Source: Octopus sinensis
Lineage: Eukaryota
Assembly (NCBI RefSeq): GCF_006345805.1
Contig: NC_042999.1
Span: 109,492,001-109,556,000, forward strand
DNA: 64,000 nt
Direction: 5' to 3'
The stretch's first letter is position 1. Each line of letters starts with the position of its first letter. Both the position numbers and the translations under genes were made by a program. The notes beneath the pieces were generated by a model. It searched no databases and had not been told where the DNA came from. It saw nothing but the letters and a program-made list of their open reading frames with translations. Of the stretch, positions 49,894 through 62,760 are shown piece by piece.

Positions 49894-52800
49894 TTTTTCA
49901 AATAAATGAGGTATGAGTTTAGCTGATGGGATTTATAGCAAAGAATGGGATGGGATGTCTGAGCACATGCACATGAGTTTTCTAAACATAAAAGATTAAG
50001 AGATTTTATATCAAATTAAAACGGAATAGGAGACAAGTGGATTACTTCTAGAAGCACTGTGGTGTTTCTACATATGTTCAAGGATGATTTGCAATTAAGA
50101 GAAGAGAGAAAATTAGGCTTATAATTGAATGTTGAAAGAAAGTAATAAAAAATAATTATTATTTTTCTACTAGCTGGATCTAGAGGAAAAGAAGTATATA
50201 TGGCTGTCCTAGACTAGTGAGATTAATGCAAGAAAAACATGAGCAAGGAAAAAATTCCAGAGAATTGACACTTTGAGAAGAAACATGTAGGTATAGTGAT
50301 GAGTGCAACACCAAGTGGCTTTGGAAACAACGAGGCTGATGAGATAAGGAGAAATGAGTCGTTTGAGAATACTTGGGTAGAGGTGGTATGAGCCCAGCCA
50401 GCACCAAGGAGCTGAGGGTTTCGTAATAGTGGTAGAAAAGGCAAAGAAAGATGGGACAGCACTCTTTTAGGTCAGCGGCCAGAAGGATTTTGACTTTATA
50501 CTAGTAACTTTATACTAGTCAGTAGGATAGTCTTTTTCTGGATGGAGTCAAGGATGTATTTATGTACAACCAAAGCAGCATTCTCCTAGATGTAAGAGTA
50601 ATACTCCATTGTGGGACAATTTTATTTTTACCAAGTTTCTCCAAAGCAGGAGGCTTCTGGTTTGTGAATTAAAAGAGTAGGTCAGTAATGCTGCTTACTT
50701 TATGAAAACCACACAGGTGACTGTTAAAGAAAAAGAGGGATTCAAGGTATTAGAAGATGTCATTGTTAATTACATCTAATACCTTGAATTGTTGATGTTA
50801 ATGGCTGTCACCATTACTCAGAGATGGCTATGGATGAAAAGAGGACAATACTAAACAAACGAAACCAATCCTAATAAACAGAATGAATGTTCATTGTCAG
50901 CGAATATGAAATGCCAGTACTATAAAGTACATGTGAGTGTTTAAACTTTTGTGCAAAAAGTTCTTAAAAATCCAAGTCTTCCTATTATGCCTTTGTTCTG
51001 ACAAAACTATAAACCAAACAATCAAGAAAATATATTTACTGAAAAACACAAACCACAAGTCTCAAAAAGATACATTCACCATCAACTATAAGACACAATA
51101 GCTATTATTCAAATTTTAAAATATGTACATCTAAACTAAACATTCAAAATTATAGATTTTACTCCTAGCTGCACTTTGAATTTTTAATCCAGAAAAAGAC
51201 TCCATTCAGGTGTCTAAAACATTCAGAATTACCTATATACCATAACTATGAAACATTTGGTCACCATTCAAAATTATACATTTGCCTATACTGTTGTAAA
51301 GTACCAAGCTATCTTGTATTTTCCATCTTGTGTTTTAGTTTATCTTACTCTATGAAGTGCATTACTGTCAATAACTGATATTTTGAAAACTAAAAATTGT
51401 GAAACACTCGAAGTAATTTTAAATCAACCTTTTTATGGGATTCCAAGTGCATTTTCAGTTTCATTTAGTTATATTTCTATTTGTATGTGATACTACTCTA
51501 CCATTAACAGTTTAGAATTCTTACATTTGTTAACATAGCAGAAATTAGATCATATTGCTACAAAACCTTTTGACTAGTGATATTATTACTGGTACTGGTA
51601 TGGCTTATTACTATTTATGCTATCAGTATTATTGTAATTAATACTTCTTTTCTTCTTCTTCTTCTTCTTTTACCACCATCACCACCACTACTTTGTTATT
51701 GCAATTATTATTCATTATTTTCATTTTTATTTTAGCATTATATTTGTTATGATTCAATTATCATTATAAGTACTGTTGTCCTTCTTACACTTGTTATATA
51801 ATGGAAATAACATTGATTGTTGTTATTGTTATTGTTATTATTAATTTAAAGTTATTTCAATTACTTGCATTATTGATATAGCAGTATTATTAATAATATT
51901 ACTAATCATCTCATCAATGTTTTGTCTTTGTCTTTTACTTATGTGATTTATTAATATTAAAACTTCTACAAAATATTCTATTGTATATCTAAGTGACAAA
52001 AATATCTCTTGTTCAATTTATCACCAGACAGCTTAACAGCAGAAAATTGGCTGAATAAATATCTTTTTTTAAATCCAAGACATTATAGTCTGGTGAAAAA
52101 ACTGTGGATCTTTAATTTCCTTAAAATTTTGTGAGCCGGATGATTATATTTCCTAGCTTGCTTGAGTATGAATTGTCTCTGGCAATTTAATTCAATTTAT
52201 TCCTCTTTCTTATCCTTTTTTCTTCCTCACTGTGGTTATAGTATATTACCTGTTTATTTCCTAATTTATTTATTTACCTTTTATCTTTAGATAATTTTTT
52301 AAATGCCTCTCCCCTTCTATAGATATGTGTTCAAATGTAGTCTCTGTTATCTTTATTCTCTTTCTTTCTTTCTGTAGCTATTTTCACGGTTTTATATGGC
52401 TTTTATTATCATGTCTGTGATATATAGGAACAAACTTGTTCCCACCAAAGTATTTCGCATGTAATTGACAGATGAGAGCAGTACAAGTATAACAAGATCT
52501 GTGCACAATCAAGACCTTGTCAGATTTTGATCTCACCATCCTGAAGACGGAGGTTGGATCAATTCAATGTTCATTTGTTTCCATTACTGGTTGCATATTC
52601 TGGTGAACTGTATCTGCAACATTATGAAGTCACTTCGAGTCCCCTCACCCCCAAAACAGCTGTTGGACTTGTTACACCATACCTTCACCCCTTTAATTTT
52701 CTGTGTCTTTTGTAATCTGTGTACGTTTATTCTGTTAATATATAAATATCAATAAATTCATACCTGAATAATCATTGTCTGAAAATTTTCTGTCTTTTGC

Positions 52801-52906
52801 CTTCTTTCTATTTACATGTATACATGTATATATATTTTATTTGTTTTATTTGCTTTTTTGCATCATTACTTTATTTATTTTATTTGTTTTTTTGCATCAT
52901 TGTCTC

Positions 52907-52948
<42 letters not shown>

Positions 52949-53280
52949 TATATATCCTATAAGTGAGTAACAAAGAGGTACAGGTATCAATCCCTTATGG
53001 CTATTTACAATGACTCTTTTAATTGATTAATGAGAGCATTACATCATTGTAAAGAACCTGATATTCACTTAATATCGTTGAGTATGCATGCTACTCAGAC
53101 CTAACAAGTTGCCTTAATTTTAAGTATCTAATTCAACTGAATCTTAATTGTATTTTATATACATACATATATATATAAATATAAATATATATATATGTAG
53201 ATATAAACACAAGATATGAATATTTCATTATCATATATATATATATATATATATACATGCTTTTTCCTATTGTCGTTTCA

Positions 53281-53908
53281 ATCCACACTTAAACCTCTTT
53301 CTATTTTCTCTCCCTGTTTATTTCTGTGTTCCTTTCTGTTGAAGAGTGTAGGCTCGAAATGTAAAAGACTTTCTCACTTCCCAAACATTAAACTAATACA
53401 TCTGTTTGTTGTTTACATACCCGTCATTTGTTTTTTGTAAATTCTCACTATATATTACACACTCATGTGGTCGCACCAGTTTTATCCTGTCTCCACCTCC
53501 ACTTTGAACTTTTCTTGGACTATTCTACCTGGATTCTCTACCTGGCCATTCTTCTACTCTCCTACACTTGGACTCCTACACTTCGGCTTGCACCTCTCCA
53601 AACCATGGATTACACTGGACTCTTCCTTTGATGAGAAATCGCTCCAATACACCACGGCATTTGAACCTTTTGAACTTTTCTAAACTTCCTTGTACTTTCT
53701 GGTTCTTACTTTTGTCATTTCTCTCAACCCGCACTTGAACCTTTTTCTATTTTCTCTCCTTGTTTATTTCTGTGTTCCTTTCTGTTGAAGAGTGTAGGGT
53801 CGAAATGTAAAAGACTCTCTCACTTCCCAAGCATTAAACTAATACATCTGTTCGTTGTTTACACACCCATCTTCGTCTTTTGGGGGTTTTTTTGTAAATT
53901 CTCACTAT
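53281..53908 (+). mobile_element. Direct-repeat element (repeats 53281-53451 and 53727-53908, period 446 nt), each repeat with a hammerhead-like motif
   Basis: CTTT CTGTTGA A GAGT gtag GCTC GAAA TG TA AAAG at 53332-53367 and a near-identical copy at 53778-53813. Confidence 0.7.
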
Positions 53909-53933
53909 ATGTGTGTGTGTGTGTGTGCGTGTG

Positions 53934-53966
<33 letters not shown>

Positions 53967-54739
53967 ATACATACATACACACACACATATACATACATAT
54001 ATACATGTATACATACATATTATGTACACAGACATGTATGTCAATATATGTATAGTTGTTATATGTATATCATCATTCTCAAGTCCACTTTTCCATATTT
54101 GGATCAGATGAAGTTTATTGAGGCAACTTGTGCATCGCCAACCATCACCTGGCTCCAAGTAAGGTAATATCTCTCCATGATCAAATATATTTTCACATAA
54201 TACTGGAAATGAAGACACTGCTTGTCTGACTATGATGTTCACCTATATCTGCTACATGATGTCAAAACAAGGAATCACAAACGTACACACATAGTATATA
54301 CATAAATACCCACACACACATGTATATACTACTTGCTCCATGGTTGAGTGGTCAGCAAATAAACTAGTTACCCCACTTGAACAGCATGTGAGAAGTGTGT
54401 CTGGATACCTAGCAAAACTAAAAACAAGAACTATCAAAGTTAGATGAGCTCCTTGTGGGCCAACAGTCATCCAGTTGGGGAAGGCAATGGCACAATGGCA
54501 AACCACCTTAATGATATCTGTCAAAAAACATTATAAGTCAGAATGAAGTAACACAATGGCTTCATACAATGGGAGAACTCACACTTAATCAGAAAGATTC
54601 TTGTTGTAGAGTCATCAATGTGCTGCAAAAGTGTACAGTACATGACAATGATGACAATATAGATACACACACACATATATATATATGTATGTATGTATAT
54701 ATATGTATATATGTATATATATATATGTGTATATATGTA

Positions 54740-54790
<51 letters not shown>

Positions 54791-54794
<4 letters not shown>

Positions 54795-57700
54795 TCATCA
54801 TTTAGCGTCCGCTTTCCATGCTAGCATGGGTTGGACGGTTCAACTAGGTTCTGGGAAGCCAGAAGGCTGCACCAGGCCCAGTCTGATCTGGCAATGTTTC
54901 TATGGCTGGATGCCCTTCTTAACACCAACCACTCCGTAAGTGTAGTGGGTGCTTTTTATGTGCTACCGGCACAGGTGCCAGGCAGGGCTGGCAACGGCCA
55001 CGATCGGATGGTGCTTTTTACGTTCCACCGGCATGGAGTCCTGTCAGGGCGGCGCTGGCAACGTCCACGGTCGGGTGGTGCATTTTACGAACCACCGGCA
55101 CGGGGGCCAGGCAAGGCTGGCCAATGGCCATGATCGGATGGTGCTTTTTATGTGCCACCGGCAAGGAGGCCAGTCGGGGCGGCGCTGGCAACGGCCACGA
55201 TCGGATGGTTCGCTTACGTGCCACCAGCACTGGTATCACAGCTGCAATTTCCATTGATGTTGATCGACTTCGATTTTGGTTCTGATTTCTGATTTTTTGA
55301 TTTCCACTTGCCTCAACGGGTCTTCACAAGTGGAGTTTTGTGTCCCAAGAAGGAAAGGTATGCATAAGTCAACTGGCTACATCCCAGGTAGAGGCCACAG
55401 GTTATGATCTCACTAGTCCTGCCAGGTCTTCTCACGCACAGCATACTTCCATAGGTCTCGGTCTCTAGTCATATCCTTGGTGAGACCTAAAGTTCGAAGG
55501 TCGTGCTTCACCACCTCGTCCCAGGTTTTCCTGGGTCTACCTCTTCCACAGGTTCCCTCAACCGCTAGAGTGTGGTACTTTTTCACACAACTATCTTCAG
55601 CCATTCTCATCACATGACCATACCAGCGCAAACGTCTCTCTTGCACACCACAACTGATGCTTCTTTGGTCCAACTTCTCTCTCAAGTTACTTACACTCTG
55701 TTGACTATGAACACTGACATTACACATCCATCGGAGCATACTGGCTTCATTTCTTGCAAGCTTACGCATATCCTCAGCAGTCACGGCCCATGTTTCATTA
55801 CCATGTAGCATGGCTGTTCGTACACATGCATCATACAGTCTGCCTTTCACTCTGAGTGAGAGGCCTTTTGTCGCCAGCAGGGGTAAGAGCTCTCTGAACT
55901 TTGCCCAGGCTATTCTTACTCTAGCAGTTACACTTTCAGCACCCCCACCCCCACTACTGACTTGGTCACCTAGGTAAGGAAGCTATCAACTACTTCTAGT
56001 TTTTCTCCCTGGAATGTGGTAGAAGTTGGTCTCTGCACATTTTCAGTGTTTATTTCTCCTGAGCATCTGCCACATACAAAAACTATCTTCCTAGTTAGCC
56101 TTCCTTTGACATTGCTGCACCTCTTATATGTCCATAGCTTACACTTGGTGCATCTTATAGAGTTTCTACCTACACCTTTTCTACAGATCGAGCAGGGTCA
56201 TCAACCTGAAGGCGTTCATGATTGGTCTACCTTCCTACTTATTAGGACTTTGGTTTTGGCTAGGTTGATTCTAAGGCCCTTCAATTATAATCCTTGTTTC
56301 CACACCTGAAACTTCTCCTCCAGTTCTGATAGTGATTCAGCAATTAGAGCAAGGTCATCAGCATAGAGGAGCTCCCAGGGGCATCCTGTCTTGAATTCTT
56401 CCATTATTACTTGGAGGACTATGATAAATAGGAGGGGACTGAGGACTGAACCTTGGTGGACCCCAACCTCTACCCTGAATTCTTCACTGTAATCGGTGCC
56501 AACCCTCACCTTACTAGCAGCATCTCTGTACATGGTTTGTACAGCTCTCACTAACCATTCATCTATCCCTAGTTTCCTCATTGACCACCAGATAAGGGAT
56601 CGGGGGACCCTGTCGAAGGCTTTCTCCATGTCAACAAAAGCCAGGTACAGGGGCCTATCTTTGGCTAGGTATTTCTCCTGCAGCTGTCTTACCAGGAATA
56701 TAGCATCAGTAGTACTTTTCCCTGGCACGAACCCAAACTGCATTTCATCTAAGCTAACTCTCCCCCTAATTAGTTGGGCTATAACCCTCTCCGTAACCTT
56801 CATTACCTGATCCAGCAGCTTGATACCCCTGTAGTTATTTGTATCTAGGGCTTCACCTTTACCTTTGTAGCAGTTGACTATTATGCTGCTACACCAGTCA
56901 TTGGGAATGACTCCTTCGTGTATCACCTGGTTAACTATACGGATGACTAGGCTATAGCCGACACTACCAGATATTTTGAGCATCTCTGCAGTAATTTCTG
57001 ATGGGCCTGGGGCTTTCCCTGTCTCATGCTTCTAATTGCCTTAACTACAAAGGAACTGTCAACTCGGATTGCTGGTCCCTCTGTTGGGTCCACATTCAGC
57101 AGACTTTCTTTATCCCATTCATTTTCTTTATTCAGCAAACTTTCATAGTGGCGTCTCCAAACCTCTCTCTTTGCATCCTCATTTAGCACAAGTGAACCAT
57201 CATTCTTGCGAACACATTTCTCTCCTACCACGTCACGATTCTCTCTCACACACTGTCTTGTAACACGAAATACCTCAAGTCTTTCATCCTCACAGCACAG
57301 AACATTGGCAAATTTTTTCTTATCTGCTCCCCCGCTGGCTAAATACACCTGCCTCCTAGCTTCCCTTCTGGCAGTCTGATACACTTCCCTGCTACCACCA
57401 CTCTTCCAGCCCTTCCAAGCCTGTTTCTTTGTCTAATAGCCCTGTCAACAATATTGTTCCACCACCACGTTATTTTGGGTCTTGAGGGAACTTTGCACCA
57501 ACCACAGATCTGGTCAGTGGCTCTCAGCAGTTGTCCCTTAGAGACCTCCAGTTGTCTTCTACCCCATGTGAAGCTATACCCCTTTCTATTTTGTCAAATG
57601 CTTCAAGTAATATGTCTCTAAATCTCTGTCCATTCGCAGGATCTTTAAGCTTCCAAACCCTTCTTCTCCATGTTGGTCGTCTTCTAGTCGTCCTCTTAGT

Positions 57701-57835
57701 CCTGATCCTAAAGTCACTAACTACCAGTCTATGTTGTGAGGTACATTCTTCACCTGGGAAAGTTTTGGCATTTATAAGCAGCCCTCTTGCCCTTTTTCTG
57801 GCAAGGATGTAGTCGATTTGGCTAGTATGCCGGCC
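54791..57835 (-). mobile_element. RTE-clade LINE, longest copy (about 3 kb), truncated within the endonuclease
   Basis: APE end SQIDYIL...SQHRLVVSDF, then RT, C-terminal region, 3' UTR repeats and (cat)n tail; the ORF is split by frameshifts. Confidence 0.96.
56285..56983 (-). pseudogene. RTE reverse transcriptase core
   Basis: NYRGIKLL, QFGFVPGKSTTDAIF, FVDMEKAFDRV, GVHQGSVLSPLLF, LLYADDL in one open frame. Confidence 0.93.
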
Positions 57836-57879
57836 CGATATATATATATAATATATATATATATATACATACACATATA

Positions 57880-57910
<31 letters not shown>

Positions 57911-57914
57911 GTAT

Positions 57915-57982
<68 letters not shown>

Positions 57983-57987
57983 TATAT

Positions 57988-58946
57988 GAAAAAACAAGTC
58001 AAAAAAAGAAAATGCTAAGATAATTTTATAGTGAATCTTTCAGTACCGGTTTCGGTCATTTTGAGACCTTTTCAACTGTAACGATTAAATAATTAAATTT
58101 AGAAAATTAGAAGAAAAGTTTTTTTAAAAGAATTTACTGTAGTAGTGTTCAGATATAAGTAGCATTCTGCCTTTCTCTGACTCCCTTGTTTGCACTTGTG
58201 TGTTTGAGGTCGTTTTGAGTTCTTGGTAGGATAGGTGAAGAATAAGGAGGCTGATGTGGAGAGGGGGTGGGGAAATCTGGGAATGCCTTAATGGTCGTAT
58301 TTTGAATGGTCAGTGGCTGACAGTAGTCGCAGTTCAATTCAGGAATTGTTTATGGAATTTGCGTAGGCGTTATACTGAAAGACATTAGTGACAAGGTTAA
58401 GGGGTGGAAGGTGGAGAAGTAGAAGAAGAAGAAGATGACGATGTTGATGATGATGATGATGAAGAAGAAGAAGAAGGAGAAGGAGAAGATGGTGGTGATG
58501 ATGGTGGTGATGATGATGACGACGATGATGATGATAATGATGATGATGAAGAAGAAGAGGAAGAAGAAGAAGAAAAAAAACCCCAAAAAAACAGAGAAGG
58601 GAGAATATGAATGGGTGTAAGTATAGCTGTGATGGGGCTGATTAGTAATGGATTCTATGGAGTGTAATATTTGTGTGTGTATATATTTCTTTTATTCTAA
58701 AGTTGAGGTATATTAACACACAAGTGTAACACACAAGTGCAAACAAGGGAGTCAGAGAAAGGCAGAATGCTACTTATATCTGAACACTACTACAGTAATA
58801 TTCTTTTAAAAAGACTTTTCTTCTAATTTTTCTAAATTTAATTATTTAATCGTTACAGTTGAAAAGGTCTCAAAATGACCGAAACCGGTACTGAAAGATT
58901 CACTATAAAATTATCTTAGCATTTTCTATTTTTGACTTGTTTTTTC
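57988..58946. mobile_element. Foldback element with about 217-bp inverted arms (57988-58204 and 58728-58946), Penelope-like inverted terminal repeat
   Basis: The arms are near-identical reverse complements; each carries a hammerhead-like motif; (TA)n lies on both flanks; the spacer contains a (GAA/GAT)n repeat. Confidence 0.85.
58856..58893 (+). ncRNA. Minimal hammerhead motif with U3-A8 core variant (mirror copy at 58041-58078, minus strand)
   Basis: CAG TTGAAAA GGTC tcaaaat GACC GAAA CCGG TA CTG. Confidence 0.65.
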
Positions 58947-58980
58947 ATATATATCAACTCGTGTGTTCCTTTCCACCCTT

Positions 58981-59099
<119 letters not shown>

Positions 59100-59100
59100 A

Positions 59101-60110
59101 TACATGGTACGATGTATATTATCACCATTGTATAACTTTAATTTCACACATTTACATTGTTTGCTTTCGATTTTGTCAACTACACAGTATAATAGGGTCA
59201 GTTGGGTACTGTCTGCGAGAAAAACAACACCATGACGCAATTCACTCAGCCAGAAATTTGGAAACAACATGCTGTGCTGTTTGACATTTGCACCAGAAGC
59301 CCCAGTGTGAACATTGCAGAGTGTATGGGTGTCAAGTTGAGGACAGAGCAGAATTTCGGAAACAGTTGGATGAGTCTAATGGTGATTACAAAGGTATGGC
59401 AGCTCAGAAAATTTACTCTGATAAGAGAAGAACTCGTGAATTTGTTGGTGAGAACCTGGCCATGATTGACAATGATCTCTCCAAATCAATCAGGTCTATT
59501 GCTAGGCATATAGGAGTGTCTGAATTTCTTGTCTGGCAGGTAGTGCATGAAGATATTCGGTATTCCTCATAGATGATGAGAAAGGGTCAATTTTTATACC
59601 AAGCCATTTGAAGCTTTTGAACAAATTCAAGTATCCCATCCAACCAAATGTGCTTTGATTTTTCTCAGATGCGAAAGAATTCTGCCAGGATCAAATGGTG
59701 AAGACACAGAACAACTGTTGGATTACTGAGTCCCCAAAATGTGTACCAAGAATGATAAAAATCAAACATCCAGTCAACATTATGGTATTTGAAGTGATCA
59801 CTACAGTCATCTTCCCACATGGCCACATACTTGATATGGAGGCCTACATCAAGTGCCAGGAGGAGATAGTGCTGCCCTAGGGGAAAGGATGTCTGCTGGA
59901 AGATCCTATGTCTGGCAACAAGACTCTGCACTATGCCATATAAGCAGGAGACCCCAGTCGTGGCTGTCAGACAATTTCTGCAACCATAGAATGAGTCTAA
60001 TGGTGATTACGAAGGTATGGCAGCTCAGAAAACTCACTCTGATCGTTCTGATAAGAAAAGAACTGCTGCATTTGTAGGTGAGATCCAGGCCATAATTGAC
60101 AACTATCTCC
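59101..60110 (+). mobile_element. Tc1/mariner (maT/DD37D-like) transposon relic with internal duplication
   Basis: Frames [25 protein letters not shown] (HTH), FFSDAKEF..QN (first Asp), KHPVNIMV and YVWQQDSALCH (second Asp). The third-Asp region is absent; 59990-60110 repeats 59369-59480. Confidence 0.85.
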
Positions 60111-60159
60111 CCAATATATTACATATATATTATATTCGTAGCTACTTTAAGGGATCAAT

Positions 60160-60200
60160 GCAGTGTGTATGAATATATATATATATACATATATGCATGC

Positions 60201-60237
<37 letters not shown>

Positions 60238-60520
60238 TAGTTGAGGTGTGTTCTGTTACATATATACATACACACACACATATATATGCTTATATATATG
60301 TTTATGCATGCACACACTGATACACGTAGGTATATATGTGTGTGTCTGTGTTGTGTGAGCATGTCTATATATTTATCTATCTATCTATCTGTTTATCTTT
60401 CTCTATATATATGTATATGTATATATGTATGTATGTTTTGTGTGTGTGTATATATGTGTGTGGGTGTGTGTGTGCGTGCACGCATGTGTGTAGGTATAAT
60501 TCATATGATATATATGTATA
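60160..60520. repeat. Compound (TA)/(CA)/(TATC)/(TG) microsatellite
   Basis: Directly visible. Confidence 0.93.
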
Positions 60521-62129
60521 TTTTAAATAATATATTACATGACTTCACAGTTACCTTTAATGCTGGCAATCTACAAATAATGAATTGTAACCACAACTCC
60601 CACTTTTATTTACTGTCAAGAAGCATTAATGTTGCTATGAGACCTTAAATTTATTGTGGGAAATGGGAAGTAATGTGTATCGTGTGATTTCCAAGAGCAT
60701 TATTAATATGAGAGAAACTTCTAAATAAGAATGTTGACTGAGTCATATATTCAAATAATTGAAAACTCATTTTTACACCCTGGTTCTTGGAATGAACCCA
60801 CATGTGAGCATAATTACATTGAAACATCTATGAAAATCTCACAGCAAAAATATTTATTTCTCTCCTATTAAGATAAGGCTACTATCTGTAATTTTCTTCG
60901 AGTTACTACTTTGAAAGAAAAGATACATACTTATCTTCTATTATATAGAACTTAAATCTCAGTGCACATTATAATGTCAAGATTCCAACCCAAATTTGAG
61001 TATATTTCTTTCTTTTTTCTCTTTGTCTTTTTTTTCTTTTTTCTTTTTTTTTATTTGTTTTGTTTAGCTAATACTTGACCTCATGGAAATGAGATTCTTT
61101 TCAAAAGAAGGCAATCAGAATTGGAAATATCGGACTTCCCCACAAATGCTTTTAGAATTTTTTCTTCTTAAAATTAACTCTAAGACTACCTGCTTTCTCT
61201 CTCAGACATGCATTTTTCAATAGAAATTTTTCAACCTTTAGCACTATATTATTTCTTTCTATTCTTGATTCAGTTAAGAAGACTGACATGATTCAGAATA
61301 AGATTTGAATGTTTTGAAATAGTGAACAGAAAAACGTGCTTGTCTCTTTAGAAAATAATTAGTTTTGTTTCTATCATGTGGCAGAATGCATAACTCATGC
61401 AAAAATAAAAGTAATGTGAATGCAATTTCTTTAAAACAGATGTAATTGCATTTCTGTCAGTAAAAGGACATAAAAACCGTAGCCTTGATTGTGCACTACA
61501 GACAGTAGAATAAAGAACATTGAACAGTGACATTTCAGCCAATTGAAATTCAGGCAGAAAGGTTGAACCTGATTCTCTTGAATTCATGCCTCATCAATTT
61601 AAAATCAATTTTTTACATGGGTTAGACATGTCTAGTATTCTGCATTTAGCTGTGGTCAAACTGCCCACCATACAGAAATGATCTAGGTGGCAGATATTCT
61701 CAATGTCACTAAAGATATATTAAGCTGCCAAGCACCAACTATTCTAGCATGGAGCGAAACAAAATTTTAGTTTTGATTGTTTGTTCTCTGAGACATGTTT
61801 TATTTATATATTTAAAAACTCTTCCTTACATATATCCATCTATTTCATGGAGAACAAGTCTATGACTTTTCTGTTGCTTATCTAATTGACTGTGTTTAAT
61901 TCATTCTAACCCAACTATTCTAGATGATGTTTCTCTGTCGAGTATTGCATCATTTTTTTCTTTTGTATGTGTGTGTGCAATGTCATAGGTTTTAAAGGCA
62001 CATATAACTAAGCACATTGAATGACAAATAAAGTTCTTTGTCTCCAACGCAGGAGCAACATTTTCTTACACATATTTATCTATTATATTACACAGGTTCC
62101 TCTACATGATTGCTTGAACTGTTAAAAAA

Positions 62130-62760
62130 TGCAGCTAAATCTTCCTGAAATTATACTCTACCTTCTTTAAAATGCAAGGACTCATGGTATTATATAATCC
62201 TAGATTACACAATACCCAAGAGAAGAACAAGGCTGGAATACTTTTGATCCACATTGGTTCACTCAATGAGGAGTGACCTAGGGCTAAAAAATAACAATGC
62301 CAGCTTCCCTGATTGCTCAAATTATATCATTTTTACAATACAGCCATATGGAAGAACACACTACAAATGCACTGAAATAGACCAGTCTTGTTGATTTTGA
62401 AATACTAAACTGGTTGATGATTTAAAGCTTATTACAGGCATTCCAGAAGGCCTTCTTCACAGCAACATAGAATCCAATGTACTCAAAGTTTCTAAATTCC
62501 ATTTGTTGTGTGACATTCTTGAAACAATTTGGAATGTGACTTTCATCTTCATTGAAAGTCATGTACCTAGTCTTCTTTGCACTAAGAATCAGATCAATTT
62601 TAGCTGCAGTATTCTCAAGGTACAAGCATCAGGTTTCTCATGAAGGTTCAAAATATTTCATGATATGAGCACAAGACCAAAGAGGAGATTTTATGGACCA
62701 CATTCTACTCATCTCAACTGCTTAACAAAGCGTGGGCTTTCTGGCAATTGTTGTCATGCT
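62130..62760 (-). mobile_element. Old RTE-like RT C-terminal relic
   Basis: LENTAAKIDLILSAKKTRYM...FEYIGFYV..AFWNACNKL fits the RTE pattern GL.LN..KT.YM...F.YLGS...AW.A...L. Confidence 0.55.

Noticed and set aside
50180-50480. Purine-rich segment resembling an old LINE
   Set aside because: I could not recover a convincing RT or endonuclease motif.
52535-52575. CTGAAGA followed by a weak hairpin
   Set aside because: No GAAA and no complementary stem I; at most a very decayed relic.
54149-54202. Minus-strand 54-nt exon candidate and PHD-like GDGWRCTSC peptide
   Set aside because: It overlaps an equally plausible plus-strand exon candidate, which shows such signals occur by chance, and the upstream PHD Cys/His ligands are missing.
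54951-55230. Repeat-spacer-like look of the GC-rich array (CRISPR-like)
   Set aside because: The units are whole diverged tandem copies inside an RTE 3' UTR, with no unique spacers, no cas genes and a eukaryotic context.
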